A DNA stretch of 64,000 nt from Mustelus asterias. Its lineage: Eukaryota. The translations under genes and the position numbers were made by a program. Below the pieces are notes generated by a model. The model saw only the letters and a program-made list of their open reading frames with translations. It had not been told where the DNA came from and searched no databases. Position 1 is the first letter of the stretch. Every line of letters starts with the position of its first letter. This document shows, in pieces, positions 1-12,764 of this stretch. Location: the NCBI RefSeq assembly GCF_964213995.1, contig NW_027590122.1:1178001-1242000 (forward strand), read 5' to 3'.

Positions 1-87
1 AAGCCACAGTTGGCAGAGGGTCCACCTACAGGTGTCATTCACTCACTCATCTGTCCCAATTTAAACAAGAGCTGGGACGATGTGAAT

Positions 88-161
88 AGTCCCTCCTCAG
101 AAATTCCAACTCGGATTGCTGAATTCAAAGCCCAGAGTGCTAACCTTCATAACATTAAACT
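88..161 (-). pseudogene. degenerate tRNA-Gln (TTG)
   Basis: The reverse complement ...ggttagcactctgggctttgaattcagcaatccgagttggaat... matches the vertebrate tRNA-Gln core. Acceptor stem and T loop are decayed. Flanks are homologous to those of the Gln relic at 27343. Confidence 0.75.
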
Positions 162-202
162 GACAGGACTCTGCCTCAGGCATGAGGACTTCCTCCCAAA
201 AA

Positions 203-750
203 CACGCGCACACACACACCACACACACACACACACACATACACACACACACACACGCACAGATAACGGGGTTCATACAGATACAGCGGCACACACAGGT
301 GCAGGGGCACTCACGGATCGAGGGCCACACACAGATGCAGGAGCACGCACGCAACACAGATACTGGGGCATACAGAGATTCAGGGGGCACACACCAATTC
401 AGGGGCACGCACAGCGAAAGTGGGGCAAACACAGACTCAGGGCATATGCAGATGCAGGGGCATACAAAGATGCAGGCGCACACACACGATACTGGGACAT
501 ACACAGATACAAGGGCACACACAGAATCAGGAGCATGCACACAGAGATGCTGGGGCATAAACAGATACAAGGGCACAAACAGAATAAGGGGCATAGGCAC
601 AGAGATGCTGGAGCATACATAGACACAGGGGCATACAAAGAATCAGGGGCAAACACACAAAGATAGTGGGGCGTACACAGATACAGGGGCTTACCCAGAT
701 TCAGGGGCGTACAAAGCGATACAGGGGCATCATCGGAGATAGAGGCGCAC
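203..750. repeat. (CA)n microsatellite followed by a degenerate ~18-20-bp minisatellite (acacagatacaggggc-like)
   Basis: Directly visible tandem units. They explain the His/Thr-rich and Cys/Val-rich ORFs here. Confidence 0.85.
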
Positions 751-1235
751 AGTGATGTGACCACAGATGCTGCCAAACCGACTGAGAACTTACAACATCT
801 GCTGTTTATATTTTTATTCTCGGTTTTATTGTTACATATAACACACAGCAAGTCGGCAATGATCAGTGGATTGAGGACAGGGTTAAACATTCACCAGACT
901 GACATTTTTAGTTCCGTAAAATTCTGAGATAGAAAGTAATGAGTTTAAACCAATCGTGCGTCAGTTGCTTTCACTGTTTGCTCTGTGTTGCCTTGTATGA
1001 TTTGGAGGACTTTGGAATTTGAAAGCTACACATGAGCAGCTTATTGGTTTGTTTCACCTCACTGTCTATTTCATGTTCCAAGTAACAGCAACCGCTGCTG
1101 TTGTTGGCGGAAGGAGCCACTCCTGTTCCATCGAAACATGGCATTTTGTCCGTCTCTGGTATCAACAAGTACTGGAATGGAGCTGAAGTGCAAAAGTAGC
1201 ATAGATCGGTGAGATTAAAGTGCAGACAGACGCAA

Positions 1236-1307
1236 TCCCTGATGGCCAAATGTTTAGGATTCGATGCTTCCACTGCCGCGGCCCGCGTTCAATTCCCAGT
1301 CCGGAAT
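1236..1307 (+). pseudogene. degenerate tRNA-Glu
   Basis: tccctgatggccaaatgtttaggattcgatgcttccactgccgcggcccgcgttcaattcccagtccggaat aligns with tRNA-Glu (TCCCTGGTGGTCTAGTGG..GCCGCGGCCCGGGTTCGATTCCCGGTCAGGGAA) with many substitutions. Confidence 0.8.
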
Positions 1308-1650
1308 GCAGCTCCATTGTTATCGTGCAGCACATGAATGAACAGGAGCTGGAATTGCTTCCAGATACAGATGCGCATATCTGGAGGTACTTTCCACACT
1401 ATCTGGAATTACTTCTCTACTTCCTGATCGAAACCACGAGTGATACTCATGCCGGTTTGCAAAACAAGGATGAAATATCCGTCTCGTTCCACAATCCTAT
1501 CAGTTGCCCCCAGCGGTTTATATTTCCATTGCTTCTACTGGTTCCTCTTGTCGAAATGAATAATGATGTATTCTACTGCATTAAATCTGAGCCATAATAT
1601 GATCGAGCGAAGGTATTTCATGAAATTTAAACTAAAACAATTGAAATTTC

Positions 1651-1724
1651 TACAGCAGTGAGATTGGATCACAAGCCTACACAAAACCTCAATTCATTGC
1701 CTCGGACAACTCCTCAACTTTATC
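1651..1724 (-). pseudogene. highly degenerate tRNA-Leu (AAG/TAG type)
   Basis: The reverse complement gagttgtccgaggcaatgaattgagg...aggcttgtgatccaatctcactgctgta resembles GAGCGGTCTAAGGCGCTGGATTAAGG...GGGCGTGGGTTCGAATCCCACCGCTGCCA. Confidence 0.55.
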
Positions 1725-2735
1725 AGTCGGGAAGAACATTCTGTACCGGTTGCTTTTGCCAGTGAACAGAATCGATGGAGTTGGAGTGGGTCATATTTCC
1801 CTTTGCGCCTCCTCTACCACATAATAACGTCATGTTGGATCGCCAAGCTCAAGACCAATTTCCCACCTAATTCAGAAATCATTTTATTCCCTTAGAGTTC
1901 AAAAATCTCGCCATGTTAGCCGTCAACATTCTCATTGGCCGAGGATGCACAGACCTCTGGGCAACAGAATTCCAAAGATTCACAAGCCTTGGAGCGAAGA
2001 ATTGGCTCCTCACCTTCGTCCTAAATGTCTGACACACCGTTCGGAAAATGTAAATCCTGTTCTCGACACTCCAGCCGGGAAAGGGATGGGTGGGGGTGGG
2101 GGGGGCGGGGGGGCGGGGTGTGGGGGGGGGGGGGGCGCGGGGGGGGGGGGGCGGTCGGAGGGGGGGGGGGGCTGTTGCAATCTCTCAGCCTGTACACTGC
2201 CAAACTCTCTCGCAGTTCCAGACTTTTCAGTGAGATCACTTCTCATTATTCCATACCCCAGAGAGAACAGGGTCATCCCACTGAATCCCTCCTCCAAGGG
2301 CAACTGCCTCATCACAGCAATCAATCCAGTGAACCTTGGTTACACAGACAGCGAGAGCTGAGAGGGAAATAAGAGCAAAATGGGGAAAGGAGATAGAAGC
2401 AGACAGATTGAGAGAGTGAAAGAGACAGGTCGATACACAGAAGCAAGGGGAGACAGAAAAAGACAGAGAGTTGAGTAGCCAGCCATAACACACGAATGAA
2501 TAACAACGTACGTCCAACCAGGAGCCGGAACCCACAAGCATTGGGTGACGAGGAATAATGAGAATCTCCACAAGAATAGTAAACTTTTGAAAAAGGCTTA
2601 AATTAGTTGTGAGTGCGCTGGGTTGTTGGATTCCCTGCATTGACAGCTTCTCAAACCAAACTGCGGGTGAACTCATCCTGCCGGATGCACGGCAAAGAAA
2701 TGAACAAGACTTGGCCATCACAAACAACAACAATG

Positions 2736-2825
2736 GGGCGCAGCCGGGCTTTGAACACGGGACCACTCATCGACTTGCAAATCACGACACCCAAAGCGTG
2801 AAAAATACCGCTGGACCGACGAGCC
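2736..2825 (-). pseudogene. degenerate intron-containing tRNA-Pro (TGG)
   Basis: The reverse complement ggctcgtcggtccagcggtatttttcacgctttggg[tgtcgtgatttgcaagtc]gatgagtggtcccgtgttcaaagcccggctgcgccc is a tRNA-Pro body with an 18-nt insert after G37. Confidence 0.75.
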
Positions 2826-4380
2826 ACTGATGCGAAAATTATTCAAATACAGATACTTATATTGTCATCTAAATCTGATCAGCCAGCTGCAGTGAAAGTT
2901 GAAAGCGCTGGAAACACTCAGGAAGCCAGGCAGCATGTGCGCACAGGGAAAGGATCCTCTTTTTACACCTCCATAACCTTTCATTTAAACGGATAATGTT
3001 TGGAAATGTAGAAAGTTTTAAACAAGTGAAATTCAGGAGCTCGGAAACATAACAACAGGAAAGGGCTGTGATAGAGTACAATTCAGGTGAGATAAATGAG
3101 CCTGCACTTTGCGGTCCATGGCCAGAGCGTAAGGAAAGCAGAATGTCACATAATGTTTATACCACAGAATGAGACCATTCACAAGATCTTTGAAGCAGTC
3201 ACTTGTGCTGTGGATAATGGGGAACCGGTGGGTGTACTGTACAGTGATTACACAGGAGCCGCAGTGATGAGGTTGGTAGGTTTTGGTAATTGAAAGTAAT
3301 ACATAAGCAGCTTGTGTGACTGTTTTACCTTATTGCCGCTTTGATACTGCAACGAACAGCAATCGTGCCATTGGATGAAGGAGTCACTTATTTTTTATCT
3401 GAACAGAACATATTGAAAGAGAGATTTGCCTCTGGTGGAAATAGATCTGACATGAAAATAATGAAATATAAAATGGGGTAAATTAGGTTAAACATCCAAC
3501 CTATTAGAAATATTGGGTTCACAGTAAGTGACATGAATTGATGTTGTGATCGCAGATATAGAACTGGAACCCACCATCACTCCGAGCGAATCCGCTGTCT
3601 GTTTAAATGTTGATCAAATAAATTTTTTAAACATCTTGCAGTGTGGAACGTATGAGAAATCAATCAATGAGCACTCTCCACTCACAAATAACAAGAAAGG
3701 GTCAATTTCATCTCGCAACTGTAAGCCTTTGCTATCTTCTGTACATTTATCATGAAGATTTATAAAGTAAGTGAATAGAGTTTGTGATGGTAAAAAGAAA
3801 CGTGTTCAGGCCCTTGGGGTACGTAAGCACAGTGAGGCACACAGAGGAACAACCATAAGCATAGACCATGCAAGACAGAGGGCTAAGGAGCGACAAAACG
3901 GAGGATTGGTTTTAAGGGAATATCGCTCAGGGTAGAGCATTTGTATGCAAGTCAAGACGTTTCTGCATTCAAATCCGATGCCTCCTTCTGCCTTAATTGA
4001 TTTTTTTTCCCAATTAAAACTGCCCTTCATTGATTGGAAAGCGCTTTCTAACGTCCGCTGGGCGGCAGAGGCTCTATACAAATACAAGAATTTCATGACC
4101 TTCAATCCCAGTTCTCTGTTACTGAGCCCAGTCAGTCGGAACAGTTTGTCCCTCCCTGCTCTATCAAACGGCCCTTTGCCCATGTTAGGAGAAGGGATTA
4201 ACCATGACACCACAGCAACACTGTGGGGTAAAATAGTTAAATATAAATGTTTAGATTTGTAAACGATACCATCATTTGGTCTTTCTGTGTAAGGTTTTGT
4301 CAAAATTGAATCGGCGTCGAATTTGCAGCCAACACGCTGACACCCTGATTTAGGATGCCATGTGAGCTTCAGTTGCGTCA

Positions 4381-4454
4381 GTCTCTGTGGCGCAATTGGT
4401 GAGCGCGTTCGGCTATTAACCGAAAGGTTGTTGATTCGCGACCATCCAGGGGCG
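4381..4454 (+). pseudogene. tRNA-Asn-derived copy, anticodon mutated to ATT, T arm damaged
   Basis: gtctctgtggcgcaattggtgagcgcgttcggctATTaaccgaaaggttgttgattcgcgaccatccaggggcg compared with the canonical tRNA-Asn(GTT). Confidence 0.85.
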
Positions 4455-5027
4455 GTTGCTTCCCTTTTCTTTCTCTCCATCTGCTTTCATTGTCTCTCGT
4501 TTTTTGAGTGTCACTGAGTCCTTGGGCAACACTAAAAAAGAACATATCGTGTGTTTCTGCCTCTACTGTTAGCCGACGTAGAACATTTATCTCTAACATA
4601 TTATTTGCAACAATTTATATATTTCAAATATTATTTCACTCAATAACTGAACTCGAAACTTTAACCCATGTTTGATTTTGGGTTGCCATTTTCCTGCACA
4701 CTCCCCTTCTTTCTCAGATTTCTCAGGAATCTGTCTGTCCCAACCTGAAATGTGTTCAATGAGGGAAATACACAGTAAGTCGGCAAAGATCAGTGGAATG
4801 AGGACTGAGTTACACTTTCAACAGAATGCTGTTTTTATAATTGCAAAGTCCTGAGATTGAGAGCAGATAGTTCACATTTGGGGCGTTTCAGTTCTTTGAC
4901 AGATGAATGCCTGCCGTGTTTTACAAGGTAAGTTCAAAGGATCAGCAATGATGGGATTGGGGGTTTTGGAAATTTGAAGTTGCACGTGAACAGCTTGGGG
5001 GACTATTTCATTTATCATCGCCGTCTT

Positions 5028-5441
5028 GATGGGGGGATGGGGGGGATGGGGGGGGGATGGGGGGGGATGGGGGGGGATGGGGGGGTTGGGAGGGGATGGG
5101 GGGGGATGGGGGGGATGGGGGGGGATGGGGGGGTATGGGGGGGGATGGGGGGGGATGGGGGGGATGGGGGGGATGGGGGGGATGGGGGGGATGGGGGGGA
5201 TGGGGGGGATGGGGGGATGGGGGGGATGGGGGGATGGGGGGGATGGGGGGGGGATGGGGGGATGGGGGGGATGGGGGGGGATGGGGGGATGGGGGGGGAT
5301 GGGGGGATGGGGGGGATGGGGGGGATGGGGGGGATGGGGGGGATGGGGGGGAAGGGGGGGAATGGGGGATGGGGGGGATGGGGGGATGGGGGGGATGGGG
5401 GGGATGGGGGGGATGGGGGGGATGGGGGGGGATGGGGGGGG
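5028..5441. repeat. G-rich tandem repeat, (G6-8 AT)n
   Basis: About 410 bp of GGGGGG(G)AT units. This is the source of the Gly/Met/Trp-rich and Pro-rich ORFs. Confidence 0.95.
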
Positions 5442-5469
5442 AAACAATTGTACTTGAAATAAATGGAAC

Positions 5470-6390
5470 ATTTCATCGATATGGCATCAAGAAGCAAAAT
5501 TGCAGTCAATGGGAATGATGGAGGGGACTCTTCACTGGTTGGACTGGTCCTCAGGTCAAATTAAGATGCTTGCGTTTTTTGAAAATAAATCATGTATGCA
5601 GCGGCAGCAATTCCTCAAGGCAGCGTCCGTGGCCCAAATATATTCAACTGCTTGATCAATAATCTTAACTTCACCATCAGGTTAAGCCTGGGGATCGTTG
5701 TTGATAATTGTCCCCAGCAATTTAGGCAGTCAATTCCGGCAAGTAGCATTGGATGGAAAACATTGGCTGATATGTGGCAAATACCACGCGCGCCAGAAGA
5801 GTCTGGGTAATTCCAGATCAACAGCCTTCCCATCGCGTAGTACCCCCACCATCCACGCCCTGGCAGTTGCCATTAACCATCAGAGTGAATGGACCTTCCT
5901 TTAAAATACTGTGGCTACAAGAGCAGGTCAGACACTGGAAATTTCCTTGGCTGCCCAACGTCTGTCCGCAAACTGTCAGACACAGTCTGACAATCAGGAG
6001 TGTGATGGCATGCTCTCCACCTACCAGGATGATTGGATCTCCAATAACACTCCACATGCACGACATCAGCCATGGATCCGTGACTGGCACTCCACCTACC
6101 ACTTGAAGCATTCACTCCTTCCACTCTTTGGCAGCAGTGTGCTCCAGTCTACAAGATGGACTGCAGCAACTCGCCAAGCACTCTTTGACAGCACCTTCCA
6201 AACCCACAAACCCTACTGGCTAGCAAGAGAAGCACAACAGGGAATGGAAATAATACCATCTCCAAGTTCCCCTGCAAGGCTGTACAAAACGTCAGTTCAC
6301 ACTCTAATAGCAGCTCAAGATTAATTTGGGATGGGTAACACATTCTAGCATCGCCTGCGACGATGAAATCCTTTCAGAGTGTGAACACAA
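5470..6390 (+). mobile_element. old CR1/L2-clade LINE RT and 3' fragment
   Basis: Decayed RT motif IPQGSVRGPNIFNCLINNL with frameshifted downstream sequence. Confidence 0.6.
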
Positions 6391-6747
6391 ACCAAAATCT
6401 TGAGGGGAAGTCACCGTTACCTCGAAATGAGTTAACAGGAATTCGAAAGTACGCCTGGAATAAAACTAGAAGCTCGAGATCCGGGTTCATTATGAGCAGC
6501 CAGTGTTTCATATTCACACTGCTCGTGAATTCCGGAAACACAACCTGGAATGAGTAATGAGGGTCACACAGCTCGGGATGATCCAATTTAATGCTAACTA
6601 GCTCACCACCCACTGATCTCATAACGGCCCTAGCAATAAAGGAAGTTAGATGCAAACATCGTGAGTAACCAGCACATTACTGTGGGCGGGATTTGGAACC
6701 GTCTCTGTCCAATACCTGACTCCCCTTTTAGAGAGAGGACAGAGACA

Positions 6748-7212
6748 ATGAGGCTGCTCATCTTTTGTGTTGTGTGGACAGCATTCCTGGCAGGTTATTG
6801 GGAATTAAATATATTTAATATTTTCTCTGATTTATCAGCGTGGTTCGAAACTTACTACTCTCGAGTCTGACGTGTTTCTATGCGATTACGTTTCTGTTTT
6901 CTTTTCCAGACCTGATTAATGGAGATTCTGTCACTCAGCGGTTCCCCTCAGATGTTAAAACGGAGGGAGAAGCGGTGACATTGCCCTGTACCTATGTCAC
7001 CACAGAAAACTGGTAACGGCAGTACTCAGATACACAGCCGGAGTTTATACTCAGTTTATACTGAGGAAAAGCACCTGGGATACTGAGGATGAAACAAATT
7101 TTGCCAAAATCCGTTTCTCTGCTGAGCTCCAGACAGAGAATAAATACACCACTTTAACCATCTCGGGTCTGCAGCTGACGGACGCTGCTGTGTATTACTG
7201 CACTTTCAGACT
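6748..7212 (+). pseudogene. TCR alpha/delta-type V segment pseudogene (leader 6748-6793, V exon 6910-7212)
   Basis: Leader MRLLIFCVVWTAFLA, GT..AG intron, then GDSVTQ..EGEAVTLPCTY..W*RQY..RFSAELQ..LTISGLQLTDAAVYYCTFR. Lesions are a TAA after the conserved Trp, a short CDR1 and an 11-nt tandem duplication (agtttatact) that shifts the frame. A 23-RSS follows. Confidence 0.9.
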
Positions 7213-7251
7213 CACAGTGGTAAAAAACATTATCGTCGCCTTACAAAAACT
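7213..7251 (+). promoter_or_regulatory. V(D)J recombination signal sequence, 23-bp spacer
   Basis: CACAGTG (7213-7219), 23 nt, ACAAAAACT (7243-7251). Confidence 0.95.
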
Positions 7252-8780
7252 GTACACATGAGCTCCAGTCAGCCTCGGGTTTTCTTTTAGTATTGCGGGA
7301 AGATGCGGCGGCGCAGTGAGCATCTCAAACACAATAAGAGGAAACCAAATTAACCTCGGACCAAACTGTCAATCAACAGTTACCAGGAGCGGCTCAGAGC
7401 ACAAACTGCTGAGTCCGTAGGGACGGAAACACCGTTCAAAATCAATTTTGAAATCACCCGTTTCAATTCCAGCCTGCATTAATATTCCGTCCACTGAGAT
7501 AGGCGGGCCTCAGCTGGATGATAATGAATGGAGGTATCCCCCGCTGGGCTACAGTCAAATTACTCACAGGGAGAGTACTTTGAATTGTTCCCCTGCTGGA
7601 GACTGTGTTCGGAATTAATGCTTGGTGTGTTGATGAGCGGCTGTTCCAAAACAAAACATACAGGGTTTCCAATCAAAGTCATTTCGCTCACCAGAACATT
7701 TTAAAAGGCATTTGTTCAGACAACAACTCGCACTCAAAGTTCACGTTAATTTGAAAACTCAGTTTTTAGTGCCATTCATCGTGATGGCAAGATCACTGTC
7801 GCAGAATAATCACTAAACCACATGGCAACGGGTTTCAGGATACTCATTGGACGAATATCGATTAATCAATCCAGAAATCCCGAACTATTCCAGGTCAACA
7901 GCCTTCCTTTCGTGGAGTATTCCCACCATCCACCCCGAATATTATTTGCCATGACATTTCATTTCTTTTGGACTCTATCACTTCAGCCAGATTACACTGC
8001 AAGTCAAAACCACAATCTGCAGAACGAGCTGTGTTCGAATTGAGTTCCAATGTTACTATTTACTGCATTCAGCTTGGGCCCAGTTGCTGCTCTACTCCAG
8101 TTCAACTGAAGTTAGATTTCAAGATAAAGCTTTAGCATTTACTATGTCACATGGGTATTTAGGATACAGATTTTATCCCTTCCTGCAACTGCTGCTTCGA
8201 TGTGAATCGTTGATTCACCCCCTCTGCATTTTTATTTCTCTCAATTTACCTCCAGTCCCTCTCTGACTCTTCTGTCCCTCTCGCTTTCACTGCCTATCTC
8301 TCCATGTGCTCAAGCTAAATCTCTCTCTCTCACATTATTGAGAACAAATTGACCAAGCAAATTTTAAAAATCTGAATTCACCGTCACAGTCAGCAGACAA
8401 AGGGTTACTCCCAATCCCGGGACTGAATCCGATACCATTCTCTCTGTCAGAATAGTAATTTTAATCTATAGCTCAGAGTTTTTCTGTTTCCTATCTGCTA
8501 TCTCACCACCCACCTCCCTCACAGCACCAATGGTGATGTACGAAGGTGAGGCGGTCGCATCTTGATTCACGGCAGGAGATTATTGAGGGTGTCGTTTAGC
8601 ACAGGTTTCTAAATATCCACACCCCGACCTACTCAGCATCTGAGTTGTGTGGGGGAGCAGTCCTAATAGATAATTGAGAACCAAGCACTTCACCTTTTCT
8701 CTCATTTACCACGCATGTATTAAATCAGATTTTAATCCACTTCCGGTCTTAATTTTTTTTATTTTAATATACCTTTTCAG

Positions 8781-9077
8781 ATCCGACTTAAGAACAGTTT
8801 GTCACTCAGCCTCTCTCCTGAGATATAGAGACAGAAGGAGAAGCGGGTACATTGAACTGTAGCGATGAAACGATTCAAAGTGACTATGTATTGCACTGGA
8901 GTCGACAACACCTAAGTGCATAGCTGTGGAGGAATACAAACAATGATGAACATAAAGCAGACTTTACGAAAAGCCGTTTCAATGCCGAGCTCCAGATCTC
9001 AACTAAATTCAGCAGTGTTACTATTCAGGGCCTGGAACTCACTGGCGCTGTTTTGTATTATTGTGCTTTGGAGGTCT
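8781..9077 (+). pseudogene. TCR alpha/delta-type V segment pseudogene (V exon)
   Basis: Acceptor ttttcag, then VTQ..TEGEAGTLNCS..DYVLHWSRQHLSA*LWRNTNNDEHKADFTKSRFNAELQ..VTIQGLELTGAVLYYCALEV. Contains a stop and indels, and the leader is decayed. A 23-RSS follows. Confidence 0.88.
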
Positions 9078-9116
9078 CACAGTGATGATAAGTAATCTCA
9101 CCTTTGTACAATAACT
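9078..9116 (+). promoter_or_regulatory. V(D)J recombination signal sequence, 23-bp spacer
   Basis: CACAGTG (9078-9084), 23 nt, ACAATAACT (9108-9116). Confidence 0.92.
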
Positions 9117-11099
9117 TTGTTTGGAGAGTAGCTGGGAATTCTTGTGTGTTAGGTATTGGGCAGAATCTCGGGCAGATGCAGCCAGCGACTCTGTCAGTGA
9201 CTCAAACACATGGAGTGGAAACCAGATGAACCTCGCATCAAACTGTCACCCAACTGCTTCCAGGAGAGGCGGAAAAATCTGCACAATCCAATTAACATAC
9301 ACATACAGAATTATATTTAATAACACAGGTTCTAGGCACACCCTCAATACGCTGCAGCCGAGTGAGTGTGATCAGTGCTGAGTTGGAAGGCAGTTAATGC
9401 ACCATCCAAAAGTGAGCTATAATTTTCCAACATGAGTAATATTTCTGAGATTGGAGATCAGAGGGAGGGGATGAAATTCTGACATGATCATGGTCAACAG
9501 CAGAAGAAGAAACGGTGAATGAAAATATTCCAGCGTGTGGGAGACATCAGGAAGGATGATGGTGATTGCGGACAAACAGATCTTTTTTTTATCACTACAG
9601 TCACTAACTTATAAGATCTGCTGGTGTGAATAAATTGTATCTGATTCAGCAGCACAATGTGATCAAACATACCCTGTGAATAGGCAGATGAATGCATGTT
9701 CGTGTGGGGTGTGGAGGTTGGGGTTGGGCGGGGTTGGCGGGGGGAGTTGCAATCTTTTTAAGCTAAAAATCCACTTATTTACTGCTCATTTGTGTCACCC
9801 ACACTTTCTCCAGCGCGCGCGCACAAACACACACACACACACACACTTGTTGTTTTGAGGCCGTAAGCATTCAGGCAACAGAAGACAATTTAGTTACGTA
9901 TATCAGAAATATTTACTAAGTAACAGAAGATACACTGAGAATCCAACAGTTTGGGGAAGAATGGATTTTAATTATAGAGTCATCCTGGAATCCCTACAAT
10001 GTAGAAGCGGCCGAAGAAAGTCCCTAATGCCTAAGTACTTACTGCGAATTGTTGGCATGATAAGAAGCGATGTGAGACAGTTTCGATAATGCTCTCTGAC
10101 ACTGCCTTTCTCGAGCTCCGGAATTCCCCTGTCGGAGCAGAAATACATGTCCCACACCAATGCGCCGCTTTCTTAAAGACAAATAAAGACAACAATCTCT
10201 CCAATAATACAACTCAAAGACAGAACAAATTGACAATAGCAAACTGATGCTATTGGTGGAACTGCCGAACATGGATCAAGGGGGAAATAGACAGAACTAA
10301 ATGTGGTTTTGGTGTTGCCTTTCTTTTGAAATCAATCGTTTTCTGATGTTGATTGATGAGGAAGATGGTCAACTGAATGATTTTAGTCACCAATGTGTCC
10401 CAGATCATCACGGCGATGAAGCCAAAAATCTACTTAGCCGTTGAAGTGCATGAAATGAAATGTTATTTTTCTCCATGACCTTGAAGAGGACTGTACTCTC
10501 CTGTATCCATTCATTGCACAACAATGGCAACAATTGCGTGATGATTCATATCAATTACGAAGAAATCTGGCTGCTTAGATCAGCCAGGACTGCATTGGCC
10601 AACCAACGTTGATCATTCCCAAATGCTGATTATCATGTGTTGCATGCTATTCGTTTTCTGATCGAGTGAAGTGTTTACAGAATTCTTACATTCTCTCTTT
10701 TATTCTGTTATCACAGCCTCACAACATTTCTGCTCCAACGCTCACACATAGCGAGCACACAAGCGGCTGTGAAAAATTTTATAGGTGAAAATATCGACGT
10801 TCATGGACCTCCAGAGAAAGTAATATTTTTGTTGAAGTCTAAGTCCGAAAGCATTTTACAGTCCCATGTTAAGTCAAAGGTTGAACAAAGTCATTATATC
10901 ACTGTTTAACTGCCTCGCTGCATTGTAATACACAGCAGCGTCCAACAACGAACCACGCTAAGAGGTAAAGTGCTGGAGCCTGAACTACGGCCCACAGTTA
11001 CTTTAAAGTTCCCTCTATATATTATATATGTACAAACATATGGTATATAGATTACAGCCGCTTACAAACCATATAAAAACAATTTCTCTTTTTAAAAAA

Positions 11100-11362
11100 A
11101 ATATTTCAGGCTTACATTAACACTGCAATGAAGTTACTGTGAAATTCCCCTCGTCGCCACATTCCGGCGCCTGTTCGGGACAATGCACCCAACCAACACG
11201 TCTTTCAAACTGTGGCAGGAAGCCGGAGCACCCGGAGGAAACCCACACAGACACGGGGAGAACGTGCAAACCACACACGGATAGTGACCCAAGCCAAGAA
11301 TCAAACCCGTGTCACTGGCGCTGTGAGGCAGCAGTGCTAACCACTGTACCACAGTGCCGCCC
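11100..11362 (-). mobile_element. HE1-type tRNA-derived SINE
   Basis: The reverse complement begins gggcggcactgtggtacagtggttagcactgctgcctcacagcgcc, with the V-SINE core gggtttcctccgggtgctccgg. Confidence 0.85.
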
Positions 11363-11487
11363 CTGTAATTGCAGCAAATACATACTACCTGCCATTTCAT
11401 CACATAATATTGAGCATGGCCATGAACGCTCCAGGTATTATTTGAAGTTACATTCGAATCGTGTTCATGTGAACTATCGGCTGGTGG

Positions 11488-12764
11488 CTCTGAAAGGTTA
11501 GTCATGGCACGAATCAATTCCAGCCTCCCGGACTACCTGGATCCACTACAGTTTGCGCACCGCCACAACAGGTCCACAGCAGATACAATTTCCCTGCCCC
11601 TGCACTCAACCCTGGAACACCTAGGTAACAAGGGCACATATGTCAGACTCCTATTTGTTGACTACAACTCAGCCTTCAACACCATCATTCCCACCAAACC
11701 CATCTCCAAACTACGTGGCCTGGGCCTCGGCACCTCCCTCTGCGACTGGATCCTGAACTTCCTAACTCACAGACCGCAATCAGTAAGGATAGGCAACAAC
11801 ATCTCCTCCATGATCATCCTCAACAACGGTGCCCCACAAGGCAGCGTTCTCAGCCCCCTATTATACTCTTGGTACACCTGTGTGGCCAAATTCCCCTCCA
11901 ATTCGATTTTCAAGTTTGCTGATGACACCACCGTAATGGGACGGATCTCAAACAATGACGAGACAGAGTACAGGAATGAGATAGAGAATCTGATGAACTG
12001 GTGCGGCCACAATATTTTTTCTCTCGATGTCAACAAAACGAAGGAGATTGTCATCGACTTCAGAAAGTGTAAAGAAGAACATGCCGCTGTCAACATCAAC
12101 GGGGACGAAGTAGACAGTGTCGAGAGCTTCAAGCTTTTAAGTGTCCAGATCACCAACAACCTGTGCTAGTCCCCCCATGCCGACGCTATAGTTAAGAAAG
12201 CCAACCAATGCCTCTACTTTCTCAGAAGAGTAAGGAAATTTGGCATGTAAACTACGACTCTCACCAACGTTTACAGATTTACCATAGAAAGCATTCTTGC
12301 TGGTTGTATCACAGCTTGGTATGGCTCCTGCTCCGCCCAGGACTGCAAGGAACTACAAAAGGTCGTGAATGTAGCCCAATCCATCACGCAAACCAGCCTT
12401 CCCTCCATTGTCCCTGTCTGCATTTCCCGCTGCCTCGGCAAAGCAGCCAGCATAATTAAGGACCCTACGCACCCCGGACATTCTCTCTTCCACCTTCATT
12501 GTTCGGGAAAAAGATACAAAAGTCTGAGGTCACGTACCAACCAAGTAAAGAACAGCTTCTTCTCTGCTGCTGTCAGACTTTTGAATGGACATACCTTGCA
12601 TTCAGTTGATCGTTCTCGACAACCTCGCTATGACTGTGACACTACATTCTGCACTCTCTCATTTCCTTCTCTATGAACGGTATGTTTTTATGTACAGCGC
12701 GTAAGAAACAATACTTTTCACTGTATGTTAATACACGTGACAATATTAAATCAAATCAAATCAA
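11488..12764 (+). mobile_element. 5'-truncated Rex1/Babar-type LINE (RT domain and 3' end)
   Basis: [52 protein letters not shown], ending in an (aaatc)n tail. Confidence 0.85.

Noticed and set aside
10-890. Several 146-218 aa ORFs
   Set aside because: They are translations of (CA)n and a minisatellite, with no domain motifs.
1236-1307. Glu body with a TCC (Gly) anticodon as a mistranslating tRNA
   Set aside because: Too many other lesions for it to fold or be expressed.
1945-2372. Poly-Gly / poly-Pro ORFs
   Set aside because: A G-run inside a decayed LINE 3' fragment.
4381-4454. Possible rare tRNA-Asn(ATT) isoacceptor
   Set aside because: The T arm and acceptor stem are also damaged, so simple pseudogene decay is the better explanation.
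3806-4480. 224-aa - strand ORF and overlapping 105-aa + strand ORF
   Set aside because: The long ORF runs antisense through the tRNA-Asn relic. Neither has a recognisable motif or supported splice structure.
4872-5518. Extensin-like and Gly-rich ORFs
   Set aside because: Entirely due to the (GnAT)n repeat.
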